Part shown: piece by piece, positions 49,781 to 61,995 of the stretch | Layout of the letters: each line of letters opens with the position of its first letter | How positions within the stretch are numbered: position 1 is the stretch's first letter | From: Amphiscolops sp. MND2022 | Lineage: Eukaryota | DNA: 64,000 bases | Reading direction: 5' to 3' | Assembly: GCA_964187785.1 (NCBI GenBank) | Contig: OZ076418.1 | Coordinates: 19,964,001-20,028,000 of the forward strand | Translations under genes and position numbers: made by a program | Notes under the pieces: generated by a model | The model's database searches: none | Told to the model about the DNA's origin: nothing | Seen by the model: only the letters and a program-made list of their open reading frames with translations

Positions 49781-51271
49781 TGTCGCAGGCTACCGCCTGC
49801 GACGGCATTTTCTACAAGGTTATGCCGGACGACAATCAACGCAACACGGGAACGGGAGTCTTGCCCAATAGAAAACATTTTAACGCTCCCGAGCCTGAAA
49901 CAACAAACTGATTCGCATTTGTACCGTTAAAAGTAGTACAATAGCAATTTGTATCAACTTATAAGTTTTTGGATTATTGAGCAAAGGTCAACTTGACAGC
50001 AACTTTTTACTTACTAACTCCAATACATTGACGTTGCTGTAGATATTTTCTGTGTAATAGCTTTGTAATTGCGTTGTAAAACAGACTGAATGGTGCTTTA
50101 GTAGCTTGTAAATCAGGCTAGATAGAAGGATACTCGTTCAATTAACTCAATGCTACAGTCAAGCTGACGCGTTGTCCAAACCTTTTTCAGGCAATCAGAA
50201 TTGGGTACAAGCCATTCACTGCAGTCATGCTGACTCTTGGTCAGAATTTTTGATTTGCTAAATATTGATGCTGTCGCTACATGAATTGTTGCTCGTACTC
50301 TAGAATTAGTATTATGCAAGGTTTTAGGCTACTAGTTTGATGCTATTTATATCTCCCCACCCAAAACGACGTAAGGTCTAGTGAGGTCCGCTTAACTATT
50401 TTCAGAACTGATGACCTATTAACGAGGCAAAAGATAAATTTAGAATGATCTCAACCTAAACTTAGGGACCTGACGTAAAAAATTGTAAGTGTCAAGGGGT
50501 TTAAACTATATCTACACGGAATTCGTTACTAAAACTTTCATTGTTGATGCTACCGATACTCAATACATAATACAGTTCCATTTGCTACAGTTTGACTCTT
50601 TGTCAATTTATTGTTGAAAACGAAGCACTCTCTCGTCAAGACTTCGACGACGAATCAGAAAGCTAACGAGAAGCGTTCGAGGGAATCACACGTAATGTGT
50701 TATCTCGAAAATATGGATGTTATGTTAGGAAGTTATCCAAGAGATAACTTTGAAATACGAGGAGAGAGTAGTGAGGATGAGATCTACCTAAGTTCAAACA
50801 GACAGAATCAAGTAATAAACCAGAATAATGGAAAAATCAGGTCTAACTTAAACACTAATCTTAGTGGAAATAATGGTTTGACTCTGGAAACAAGCGGACT
50901 GATAAATTCTGAAATATCATCTGAAATATCAGGAAAACTAGAAATTGACCTAAACTGTCAGATTTTAGAAGTAATCAACTCAGCGGTAGCCGAAAAAGTG
51001 CTTCCATCAACAGAAAATGCAGTAAGACCAACTAAAACCACTTCAAATACAAAATGGGACCTTCGCTCAGACGGGCCGCATCCGAGCCAAATTGGCCAAA
51101 TAGCTCAGGAATGAGACCCTTGGTCAAATAGACCGCTTCCAAGTAAAATTGGCAATTTGACCCAGGAACCTCAGAAAGACGTCCCCAGGTTGATAACAAC
51201 TAGTAGTAACCGCAATAATCACTGTAGAGAAATTTCAGTGGATTCTCATCAAAGTGATGATGGTTACGACA
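49781..51271 (+). repeat. 3' LTR of family-B Gypsy; contains ORF 50611-51114
   Basis: TG...CA ends, PPT immediately upstream, TSD downstream. Confidence 0.9.
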
Positions 51272-51276
51272 TGTAC

Positions 51277-51406
51277 CAAAGGTCCAGTTATCTTCACAGG
51301 GGCCCCAAGTTTAGCGATATCAGGAAACCATGGGAAAATTACCCCAAATTTAGCGTTAAGTTCTAGGGCTCAGTTGACTGCAATTGGGGCGACCAAGATT
51401 ATGACA
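51277..51406 (+). mobile_element. Solo LTR (family A), 3' part after the nested element
   Basis: Ends ...GATTATGACA and is followed by ATAAT (51407-51411), matching the left TSD. Translation ends ..DQDYD, paralleling ..DDGYD at the family-B LTR ends. Confidence 0.8.
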
Positions 51407-51503
51407 ATAATCTATCTAGTTTGAGAGTGCTTTTATCACATTCTCATACAATAAGCAAGTGTTTACATAATGACTAATTTAGTTTTCATGTTGTTCGGAG
51501 ATT

Positions 51504-51960
51504 AACTAGACGGGAACGTCTAAAGTCGGCGCTATATCTAAGGCTCAAAAGACGCAAAGTTTTTAAATTGTAAAAGGGGGACACTTTAGACTTTTTCAAA
51601 TCTAGTTTGTTGCAAAATATCAAAAGAGTTGAAGGGGGGACCCTTTGGAGACAATAAAAAAGTTTTGAATTTTTTTTGAAAATTTTTTCGAAAAAAAACG
51701 AAAAATGAGAATTTTGAACCAGTCTCATAGTGCCGAAAAACTAGAAAGGGGGGACCTTTTGGGCTTTTTGAAACTTCAGTTTGCTGCAAAATATCAATAA
51801 ACTTGTAGGGGGACCCTTTGGCGACAAAAAAATTTCGAAAAAAAGTCACACAGTGCCGAAAAAATTTCAAACAAAAGCCTGTAGTCCCGTCCAGTTTTGT
51901 ATCTTACGTTAAAACTTGACTACACGGAAGGGGGACCCTTTGCACCAACTTAGATGCGTT
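51504..51960 (+). repeat. Interspersed non-autonomous repeat with five AGGGGG(G)ACCC-type subrepeats
   Basis: Subrepeats at ~51575, 51634, 51747, 51807 and 51929; no coding signal. Confidence 0.6.
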
Positions 51961-52267
51961 TCCGCTTGCCGTTCCAGTAGTTTAGTAGTTCTGCAGAAAA
52001 AGTGTTCACTACGCATACATTTTGTGGTCTGACGAAAAAAAACTTGCCTCTGTTATACTCGGGCTCGTTTTGATGAAATGCGCCGACTAAAAATACTCGA
52101 CTTGCTGAAAATTTTTGCTTGGCTTGTGTCACGAAAGCAGTGAAAAACCTATAGCTGAGCAAAATTATTTACGAATAGAGACCACAGCTATATATTTTGT
52201 TATGACCACCCATAAATTCACGTAACGATACATTCGAATTTTCCTTTAAAAGTTAATAAATGAATGC

Positions 52268-52879
52268 GTGGAGAATAAAAACTTCAGATTCCGACCATTG
52301 CAGTTGTTAAAATTTAGTCTTTTCAACAGATATGAAAGCACTGGAAGATATGACATTGGTACTATTATTCTGAAAGGTAACGGTCAGCGCTGGCGAGGCC
52401 TTAAAATTTGCAAAGAAGAACCTTGGGCTGTTTTTTTGTGTGGAATGGGAAAAATAGACACAGGGGGACTGGACTGTAGAACAAAAAAGAAAGGAAAAAT
52501 GGCTAAACATCTTATGGAGACAGAAGTGTGGCTGTTCAAGTGCAAGTGGATAAGCGCAGGAGTGGATCAGGAGACAAACATCTGCGGTCGTGGAGTCAGG
52601 GACGACTCAGACGCTTGCTGTGGCGACAGTGGGGGTCCCTTGTTCGGCGTAGACAGAGAAGGCGAGGCAACTTGTCTCTACGGGGTAGCGAGCGGTGGCG
52701 ATGAGTTTTGTAAGACCGGAAGCATCTTTACAAGAGCAGATGTCCTACCCTCATATTTGGTTGTTGATTACGATTATGAATACTATCATGATTATGAAGC
52801 TACCGGATCAGAAGACCAGGATTATCAAAATCTGCCAAATTTTGATGACATGTACATTCCGCGCTTTCCAGTTATATAG
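52268..52879 (+). CDS. Trypsin-family (S1) serine protease, probable terminal exon
   Basis: YDIG (catalytic Asp), DACCGDSGGP (catalytic Ser, Asp189), CLYGVASGG, IFTR. Uninterrupted frame with AATAAA 37 nt after the stop. The 5' boundary and His-containing exon were not found. Confidence 0.85.
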   Translation: MENKNFRFRPLQLLKFSLFNRYESTGRYDIGTIILKGNGQRWRGLKICKEEPWAVFLCGMGKIDTGGLDCRTKKKGKMAKHLMETEVWLFKCKWISAGVDQETNICGRGVRDDSDACCGDSGGPLFGVDREGEATCLYGVASGGDEFCKTGSIFTRADVLPSYLVVDYDYEYYHDYEATGSEDQDYQNLPNFDDMYIPRFPVI

Positions 52880-52915
52880 TGTAAAATTCACACTGATTTG
52901 AAATACTTGGAAACC

Positions 52916-52921
52916 AATAAA
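52916..52921 (+). promoter_or_regulatory. Polyadenylation signal AATAAA
   Basis: Immediately downstream of the protease stop codon. Confidence 0.6.
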
Positions 52922-54299
52922 AAACCAATAGTTGTGATGTTTAAAGTTCTTTGTCGTTAATTTTGTTTTTGTAAATTGTTAGAAAATAGTAGTCCCTACA
53001 TAGTAGTCTTAATAAAGGTCAAAGAAATAAAAGAGGATTGTTAATCAATTTCACTGCGCAAAACACTGAAATCACGGAATTTTCAACTGCCAAAAAACAT
53101 CCATTTCTGTCAGCAATAAAGTCAAGTAGCAGCTAGTTCCACGACATCTATAGTGGGATAATAATTTTCCAATGTGAAACAAAAAATGGAGAAGAGCGTA
53201 TTCAGATTCAACTATCACTGGGACCAGATTTGTTGATTACACGTTATATTCGAAAGTAGTAAACGAATTCCCGATTCAGATAAACCATAAACAGTCAAAA
53301 TTAGCCTTTTTAAGGGCAAATCGCCAAAACTTAAGCTTTTGCCCTTTTGCAAAAACACCAAAATAAGCTTTTAAAGGGTAAATCAGCAAACATTAGCCAT
53401 TTTTCACAACTATAAAGTAAAACCTGTCCGGTAAAGGAGTCGGAAACAGAATAAAATATTGAAAAAACAAAATACCTACTTTATTGTCATTTGGTCATTT
53501 TTGGGCTAACTTATAAGAAATACCCGCTTATAGTCAATACGTATCTTGACCCCGACTGCCAATTCAATTCAATTTAAAACCCGCATATAAGAAATTTCGA
53601 TTATAAGAAACACCACTGTCGTTCCGCTGACGTTTATAATATCCTGGATCCATTGTACTTGTATGATTTCAGTTGACAAGTTAGTTGCTGATCATTCGAA
53701 AATACAACAAGCAGTATCAGTTAACAATTCGAGTAATTCACAGGTTAGAAGAAAGAATACACTCAATATCAGAGAACATGCATTCCTAATTGTCGCAACA
53801 AATAATCAAACTGTATCTGCGAAGCAACGAAAAAATTAAGAAATGTAACGAACACCTGCCAAGTAAGAAAATTTTTGAAAAATTCGTTCAAGGGACTATA
53901 TCTCTGCTGGATTCAGTACTGAATTAAAAGGATTCCGCTGACTGATACCGTGTCTTTACAAAAGACCTGCCCAGTGAAATGAAGAGCTTCAAAGCGACAA
54001 AAAGCGAGACCATACCCACCGAACGAGTAGAACGAACAAGGACACCCGGAAACACGCCGAGATTCAGAAAAAGTGCTGATTACGGACTCTGTGATATTGT
54101 TTTCATCAGCTTATCGCTAGCCGTGGTTGAAATAACTTGAAATGAGTCAGTTGGCTTAACAAAGCATCTTGCAAACAGAGTTTTATTCGATCAGGTTTCA
54201 ACAAACTGATTGAAACGAGTTCAAGGAAGCTTGTGTTCCCGGGGACTACAAGTCCCGGTTATTTATATGCAACACTGCATGACTTCCAACATATAGGGT

Positions 54300-54850
54300 A
54301 TCATCAATCTAATTTTAGAGCAAGAGTTCTTAAAAAAGCTGCAAAGGACTACGTGTCCTTACAAACACAATGACGTAGTTCTAAAAACAGCAGCAACGTG
54401 ACGCTATCAATATATATGGACACATGGGCCGGAATCCATGACAAACATCATAATGTGGGCTGTTCATGGAAATCAGCTTCTCATTTGAGACAGCTTCTGA
54501 GAAAAGGGGGAAAAGGACTGAGAGTCCATCTCAGTTTCAAGGACGAACTTCAAGCAAGGATATGTACATGCGTAACAACAATTTGCTATAGTCCTTAAGG
54601 GCCGTACAAAGCTACTAATTGCATCTCTGCATAATACATTGCACTTTCTTTAAGATGGACTGGTAGTTGCACAGCCATAGCACCGACAAGATGAATATTG
54701 CTGTACTAGATGGTAGTGTTCAGCAAGCATACTGGGCTATGATTGGCTAATATTCTCGTGGACTGCTGGTCCAAGGCGACTAGCAAGAAACATTTGAACA
54801 CGTTTCCTTTGCCTGTACGCTTTGTTGTCCAATTATAAACACAGCTAATA
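54300..54850 (-). pseudogene. Possible decayed LINE ORF2 C-terminal fragment
   Basis: Weak resemblance in minus-strand translations only; no intact motif. Confidence 0.3.
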
Positions 54851-55689
54851 ACATATTGCACTTTTACATGTGTAGTAAAACAACAAAATACTAATCTAAC
54901 ACGAATAACTGGACTAAATGGAAATAATTTTACATATGGTCTGAGTATAAATACTAAATAACATCATAATTTGACAGACAAATAGTGAGTACTAGGTGAT
55001 TACTTTACCGTTTGTTGGAAAATGAGTTTTAGTTCAAAGGGAGAGTGCTGGGAGGTCTCGATGACAGCTGTAACTTACTGTATAGAAATTCTCATCGCAG
55101 GCGGGAGCCCGCGAAAATATGGTCTCAAGAAATGCACGATTCAGGGGCTGCTGCTTGGCCTGCTTCGAATACCACATAGCGATTGTACAGATAACACTAG
55201 GATTTCCAGACCTGCGTTCTTTTTTGTAGAAGGATCATAATGAAATATTTTTTGTGTATCGATTTTCAGTTTACGTACTACCCCTTTTAAGTGAAACAAT
55301 ATATATTTTATGTCAAACCATGATGAACTTGTTTTCTTGTTGTTCTTGAACAACAATTGTTTTTGAATGTTAATCACGATCATTCATTTTCGAGATCTGC
55401 TCTTCGCCTTGCGAGTGTTGTTGAGTTTCAGTTTTGTAGTAGGAATTTCGAGCAAGTTTTCTTCAGAATTGTCTTTGAAAAATGTACTCTGATATTGTAA
55501 TCTTGCCTGTTTGAGTTTTCAATTAATGCACTAATTGGCTCCAATCATTAATTGACATTTCTAAGTACCACTTATAGTATTTCTCGTTAACTTTCAGAAC
55601 AATCACTTGCAGTTATTGAAACTTTTATTTCTGTAACAGTAGGAATATTATTGAAATCTCAAGAATTCTTACCTTTTTTCAGTACAATT

Positions 55690-55922
55690 TGTTGAAGCTG
55701 AACAATTCGTTGAGTCATGTTTTTAACGACGGAAAAAGTCATATAGCCAATGAAATCTGGACAAATAATAACTAAACATGCTGACTAATCTTTTCACATT
55801 TCTGACTTATATTTCATTGTGTTTTTGAATCATTTCAAGTAAAGACTGACTGTTTTTAAAATATTCAACTCAATCTTCCTTTATGAAAACTCTCTCGCGA
55901 ATTTCAATTAGGAGTAGTTACA
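55690..55922 (+). repeat. 5' LTR (233 bp)
   Basis: TG...CA ends; matches both halves of the 3' LTR. Confidence 0.92.
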
Positions 55923-55927
55923 TTTTT

Positions 55928-55945
55928 TGGTGCCGCGACCCGGGA
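55928..55945 (+). promoter_or_regulatory. Primer-binding site, tRNA-His-like (TGGTGCCGCGACCCGGGA)
   Basis: 5 nt after the LTR end; resembles the complement of the eukaryotic tRNA-His 3' end. Confidence 0.75.
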
Positions 55946-55977
55946 ATAACAACAAACAAGTGTAATATAGAAAAACA

Positions 55978-58900
55978 ATGTCTATGAATCAAGGAAAGAC
56001 AATGGAAGAATTGAAACGTTCCCGATCAGCATCAACTGGTGTCATAACCAAGTGGACCAGTTAAATTCAAGCAATTCTGGACCGAAACCAAGCGGACATA
56101 ACAACGGAACACATAAGTCAACTCGAGGCTCGACCGACAACTCTGGAAATGAAACTGATTGAATGGACGACACTGAATACAGCAATTTGGGATCAAACGC
56201 CAAGCACAGATGAAGAATTGGAAGACGAAATCATGGCTGCAGAAAACCTTCATCTGAAAATAACGACACAGATCAACAAAATCAAACGATTCTTGGTTCA
56301 GCACAACTCACCTTCAGTTGGAACACTCGATGATACTTTCAGCTCCTGATCCGTCTCCAACAATTTGAAAATGTCAAAGTTCGATCCGCCAAAATTTGAT
56401 GGAAAGTATGAAAATTGGACACCTTTTCACGAACAATTCATGGCATCAGATGACAGTAATGCAAGTCTGCCAGATATTGAGAAGTTCAACTACCTGACAT
56501 TCGCCCTAACTGGAGAGGCGACACAATTGATTTCTCATCTTCCACTGTCAAATTCTAAACATCAAATTGCCCTCAACAGCCTCACTGACAGACACGACAA
56601 TCAACGGTTAATTGTCAAGACTCTCCTAAGAGCTATTTTTCAACTCAAGCCACTTCAAGCAGAATTTGCGGGTGAGCTTAGTAAACTAATTGTAGCTTTC
56701 GAAGAAAAGTTGATGGCAATACAAGCTCTCAAGGTTGATACCATTCCAGGTGAATTTGTCTGGGTGGATCACTTGTCGAAAAAGCTTGACGTTGAATCAA
56801 GAAGGCAATTTGAGCTTGACTATCAAGGGATCAATTGCAAACCTTGGATCAATTGAGAGAATTCATCAACCGGAGGGTTCAAGTATTGGAAGTTTCCGAA
56901 TCTAGGACTCCTCAAAGCAGTTTCAACACAGGAGCACAGAAGGTTCCGAGATTCCAATCACGTGTCGCAAAACTACAAAACGTCGACAGAAAGATGTCCT
57001 GCTTGTTCAGAAAATCACAAAATCTTCAGCTGTGACAAGTTCAAGAACCTTAGCATCCAGGAGCTGAAAAAACAACGTGCTAAATTGTCTTTCAACTGCT
57101 TGAATTCAGGCCACACTACGGAAGAGTGCAATACAATATTGTCAGGTAGAACGTGCAAAGGCCAACACAACTCTTTATTTCATGGTGCATCAAATACAGT
57201 CAGCTCGACTTCAACTGGATATGTAGTGACAGATTATTCTGGAATCCATCCCTTAGTTGGACTACTTCCCACAGCCATGATACCCATTGCAAACGCATCC
57301 TCAACTAACAACTTGTGCCGTGTGTTGCTAGACAGTGGCCGCAACTTAGTTTTGTTACAGAAGACACAGCTCAAAGAATGGGATCGAAACGTCTTAAACA
57401 GTCAATCACAATCAACGGAATTTGTGACGTAACCAAATCCTACAATTCTGGATCGGTCATTTTTCAGATCACAACACAGAACGGGGTAATAGACGTCACA
57501 GCCTTTAAACTCCTAGACTCACGCAGTTCTTTCCTTCGTCGGACTTCAGCATCCAAACAAACTTTCATCTACGTTCAGTCAAATTAGAAGATCCTAAATT
57601 CAATAAACTTGGCAGAATTGAGATGATTCTTGGTTCTGATGTCTTTGAAGAAAATGTCTTGGACGGCAATTTCACTGAAGAGAATGGAATTCACTTCAGA
57701 AACAGAGTGTTTGGTTGGGTTGCATCTGGAAAGCATCCTGAATCACAACTGACGCACTCAAAGATAACATCTTCAGTTTGCACTTACAACACGTTCGATT
57801 TGAGGAAACTTTGGGAATTGGAGGAGATACCCGCAGTCAAGACACAAACAGCAGAGAATATAGTATGTGAGCAACACTTCCAGGACGCAACCAGAGTCAA
57901 AAACAATCGTTCTGTTGTTGAAATGCCGCTCAAAGCAGATGTCAAACCCTTGAATGACACCTCGATGACATTCACACACCTAACGCAAAAATCAACTTCC
58001 TACCACACCACTGCGTTCAGAAAGCTGAATCAACCGCAACGAAATTGCAAATTGTTTTTGACGGTCCCGCAAAATCAGACAACAGCACATCCCTCAATTC
58101 ATCACTGATGGTTGGTCCCACCTCTCAACAAGATCTTTTTCTTTACTTGTGAGATTTCATTTACATCGAGTGGCATTAACAGCGGACCTTGCCAAAATGT
58201 ACAGACAGATAGTTTTGGACACATCAGCAAGAGATTTTCACCAATTTTTGTGGCGTGAGGATCCAAATCAGCCCATTCAGCAATTTCGTATGACGAGAGT
58301 CATCTACGGCATCACTTCAGCAGACTACTTTTCAGTACGAGCCTTGGTGTTAGTCAGTAATCGATGTTCCGACAAGGATATAGCAATGGCAATAAAAATT
58401 GACTTCTACGTGGACGATTATCTGTCAGGAATGGACTCGATAGAAGCGGCAAAAGAACGAATTGGACTCCTTCGCCAAAAATTGAGCAACTTTGGATTCG
58501 AACTGAGGAAATGGGCTTGAAGTCACAGTAAGTTGATCTCATCGCTTCCCGATAATTGAGAGAAAAATCAGAAGAAGCCAAGTTCATGGACCAAGACTAC
58601 AAAATGAAGACTTTAGGATGATCTTGGAAGCCCAATGCTGATCATTTCCAGTTTTTCTCCACTTTTGACAACAGTGGATCAATTACAAAAAGACAATTCC
58701 TGTCAGATACAGCCAATTTGTTCGATCCCGTTGGATCGTTTGGTACAATTGTCATCAAATTCAAAGTCCGGCTACAAAAACTCTGGACGAGAGGCGTAGA
58801 TTGGGATGATTAGTTGCCACAAGACTTGTTGAAGGAATGGATAGCAATCAAGGCTGATCTTCAACATTTGCACGATTTCTATCTCCCAAGATGTGTTCTA

Positions 58901-60960
58901 CCCCTAACGCAGTGAAATCAACTCATTTCCATTTGTTCACAGATGCAACCGATTTGGCATTTGCAGCGGCTTTATATGCCAGATTCGTCGATTCCATGGA
59001 TTCATTGTTTTCAATGTTGTAGCAGGAAAAAACTGAGTCGCGCCTATCAAAACTGTTTCACTTCCACGACTTGAGCTATGTGCAGCTCACTTGGGATCCA
59101 AAATACTCACAAAAAATCGTGATACTTTCCAACTCACCAGTTATACCAACGTTGAAACCACGATCGTGTTACAATGGCTTGCGTAGTTGCCGAGAACTTG
59201 GACTACCTTTGTCGCAAACAGAGTGCCCGAGATTCAACAGGTTCTTCCGAAATCACAATGGCGTCATGTCACATTCGCGAGTAACCCAGCTGATTGTTCA
59301 TCTCGCGGAACGACCATGGAGAGTCTCAAAAAATCAGGATTTTGGTGGCATGGACCGCTTTGGTTGTCGAAACTTGAACACGAATGGCGTCAAATGAACC
59401 CACCAGCTGTAGAAGTAACCGAGGATACAAAACAGTCAAAAATGGACAAATTTATACGGTCAAACCATAAAATAACAAGTGCAATCGGTATTCAAAAACA
59501 TCCCCTGTTCGACTGCAGTCGATATTTTTCTTTTACCAAATTTAAAAATGTTGTTGCAACAGTTAATATGACAATAGAAACCTTCCTGAAGCAACCGAAT
59601 CCGAAAAACATTAGGGCTCAAGATCTTATTCTAGCAAAAATGGAAGTAGTTAGACAGCATCAAGAAGACTCGTTCAGGAACGAAATCAACAATTTGCTAC
59701 ATGAATCGGAAGAGCCCCGAAACAACAAACTGCTGAATCTTTCACCATTTTTTCGATGAAGAAACAAAAACACTACGAGTTGGAGGCAGACTGTCTCAAG
59801 GAAACTTCAGGGAAAGCAAGAAGTTTCCTTTCTTGCTCGAAAAAGATTCTCAACTCGCAATTTTGATCTTTCAGCATTTTCATGACGCTACCCTTCATGG
59901 CGGGGGGCATCTGCCCTTGACTTCAAGCCGAGAAGAGTTCTGAAAACCAAATGGGAGAAAATTAGCGAGAAAGGCCATTAAACAGTGCGTCACTAGCAGC
60001 CGATTTGAAAACAAAGTACCAAATCAGTTGATGGCAGACCTTCCAGCAGAACAAATCACTGCATCCAAACCTTTTCAAACCTGTGGACTTGATCTAGCAG
60101 GTCCAATCTTCACGAAGTCCAATCAGAGAACATATATCGCAATTTTTCGTCTGTTTTGTAATAAAAGCAGTCCATAATGAATTAGTCGAAGATCTGACGA
60201 AAGAAACCTGTATTTCAGCAAATACAAGGTTCATGTCCCGTCGCCCAAAAAGTTTGTGAGTGACAATGGACGTAACTTCATCGGGCCAGGAACGACAAGA
60301 TCAAAGGCCAGCAACTTCTCGCGAATGAACCTAATGACAGATCAGTAGGTAACTTCATGGCTCATCAAGGAATCAAATAGGAAACCATACCACCGCTCTC
60401 TCTTCTCATTTCGGAGGGCTGCGGGAAGCCGCTGTGAAGAGCATGAAGCGCCGTCTAAGACGAATAGTTGGACTACGCATTCTTTCAATTGGAGAATTGA
60501 ACACATTGGTCATACAAATTGAGTCAATTTTGAATTCAAGACCCATTTCAGCTATATCGAACGACCCAATCGACTTGCAACCGATAACACAAGCTCATTT
60601 CTTACTTGGCAGACAAGCATTTGACCTTACCAGTTCAGATATATCGAATAAAACAATATCATTACCACAACGATTCATGTTGCTCGAATGAATCAAAAAC
60701 GACTTCTGGAAAACATGGTATGATGGAGATTACTTAGTAACCTTGCAAAGTAGAAAACGATGGCTTGTCTCGGGACCCAGCCTCGCGGAAGGTGATCTGG
60801 TTTAAATCGCTGGAGACAATTTACCACCCTTGAAATGACAGATGGCACGAAATGAAAAATTATACTCCGGAAACGACAACACTAGCAAAAGTTAAAACAT
60901 CTGGGACATTTGACAGGTCTGTAGTAAAATTGCGCAAACTGCCCATTGATACGCCTTTGC
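55978..60960 (+). pseudogene. pol: BEL/Pao gag-pol polyprotein with many stops and frameshifts
   Basis: ORF fragments 56365-56856, 56962-57432, 57623-58108, 58149-58520, 59187-59759 and 60434-60691. Confidence 0.92.
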
Positions 60961-61502
60961 CTGCTTCAGTTTCTGCTCAGACAACCATGTCGACTTCAAC
61001 TTCAAGAAGCGAAATTGAATAAATTAAATTATAAAATCAGTATTTCGCCTCAGTTTTCAAACAATAACAGTCCATAAAAAGTTTTCTAGAGCCAATATCA
61101 AAAATCCGGTATGTACAGGTCTCGGCATTGATCTGCTGAAGCCATTGGTGCTACCCGCGTTCTGATCGGATGGCTCAATTCTGACGGAGTTGATTTTAAA
61201 TGCTCGCCACTTCCGAATTTATCCGCAACCTTCAAATTTATTTTGAACTCCCATCAAAACTCAATGACGTTACTCATAGAAAGTTGATTTGAAGCGTAAT
61301 TACAATTTCCTCTTCGCATGATTACTCATTACATTGAATCACTCTCTTCAACTCCATTCTAAAGTTGAAAATAGTTTGATATGACTCAATTTATCAGTGC
61401 CTCACTCTTGCAGTTCCACTTAATTATCGATTCGACTTTATTGTTCATGGTTGAAAGGACTTTACTACATTGCATCCAGAAAACATTGAAGCTCTAGTGC
61501 TT

Positions 61503-61516
61503 GAAGGGGAGCGGAA
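61503..61516 (+). promoter_or_regulatory. Polypurine tract GAAGGGGAGCGGAA
   Basis: Directly abuts the 3' LTR TG. Confidence 0.85.
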
Positions 61517-61598
61517 TGTTGAAGCTGAACAGTTCGTTGAGCCATGTATTTAACGACGGAAAAAGCTCTCCCGCGAATTTCAATTTGCAGTAGCTACA
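61517..61598 (+). repeat. 3' LTR (82 bp, internally deleted)
   Basis: Equals 55690-55738 plus 55890-55922 of the 5' LTR. Confidence 0.92.
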
Positions 61599-61730
61599 CA
61601 ATTCTTGTCGTGATACTGAAAAATTCAGATATTTTCTTCGGCTGTGACTATAAGCGTGAGAATTACCTTTCTCAAGCTGCCGACAACATTTCAATTCTCG
61701 TGCGATGAAGCGAGCGAGTGGAATTTATGC

Positions 61731-61995
61731 TTGGTAAATGGTCACTTGGCTCAATGCCATTTGGCTTAAAGTCATTTGGCTTAATTTTTTAAGCCAAGTG
61801 TCTCGGGTATTGGTCACTTGGCTTAAAATCATTTGACTTAAAACCACTTAGATGAAAACACGTGGCAGATTTTGTCGAATTTAGCTTTATAACGTAGTCA
61901 GCGTATTATTATAACGTGTCATATCAAGTACCCCTCGGATATGTCGACATTTCCTCTAGTGCCCTGCGGCCCCTTGGGGCCGCTTATATTCCCAT
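61731..61995. mobile_element. Fragment of a small non-autonomous element (GTCAYTTGGCTTAA subrepeats plus GC hairpin cassette)
   Basis: Repeats at 61741-61850. The cassette at 61955-61998 is shared with the MITE at 7189-7232. Confidence 0.55.

Larger units (their letters stand above)
39507..51271 (+). mobile_element. Large Ty3/Gypsy element (family B), 11.8 kb, RT/RNase H/integrase core deleted
   Basis: ~1.5-kb LTRs TGTCG...CGACA, 5-bp TSD AGTAC (39502-39506) / TGTAC (51272-51276), PPT AGGGGAG (49774-49780), gag, protease and integrase C-terminus. Confidence 0.88.
55690..61598 (+). mobile_element. BEL/Pao LTR retrotransposon, fully bounded, decayed
   Basis: LTRs TGTTG...TACA, TSD CAATT (55685-55689 and 61599-61603), PBS and PPT present. 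gag (KFDPPKFDGKYENWTPF..EKFNYL), Cys/His knuckles, protease, RT (ALTADLAKMYRQI, FYVDDYLSG), RNase H and integrase. Confidence 0.95.

Noticed and set aside
51586-52162. Minus-strand Phe/Lys-rich ORFs
   Set aside because: Low-complexity translations of a non-coding repeat.
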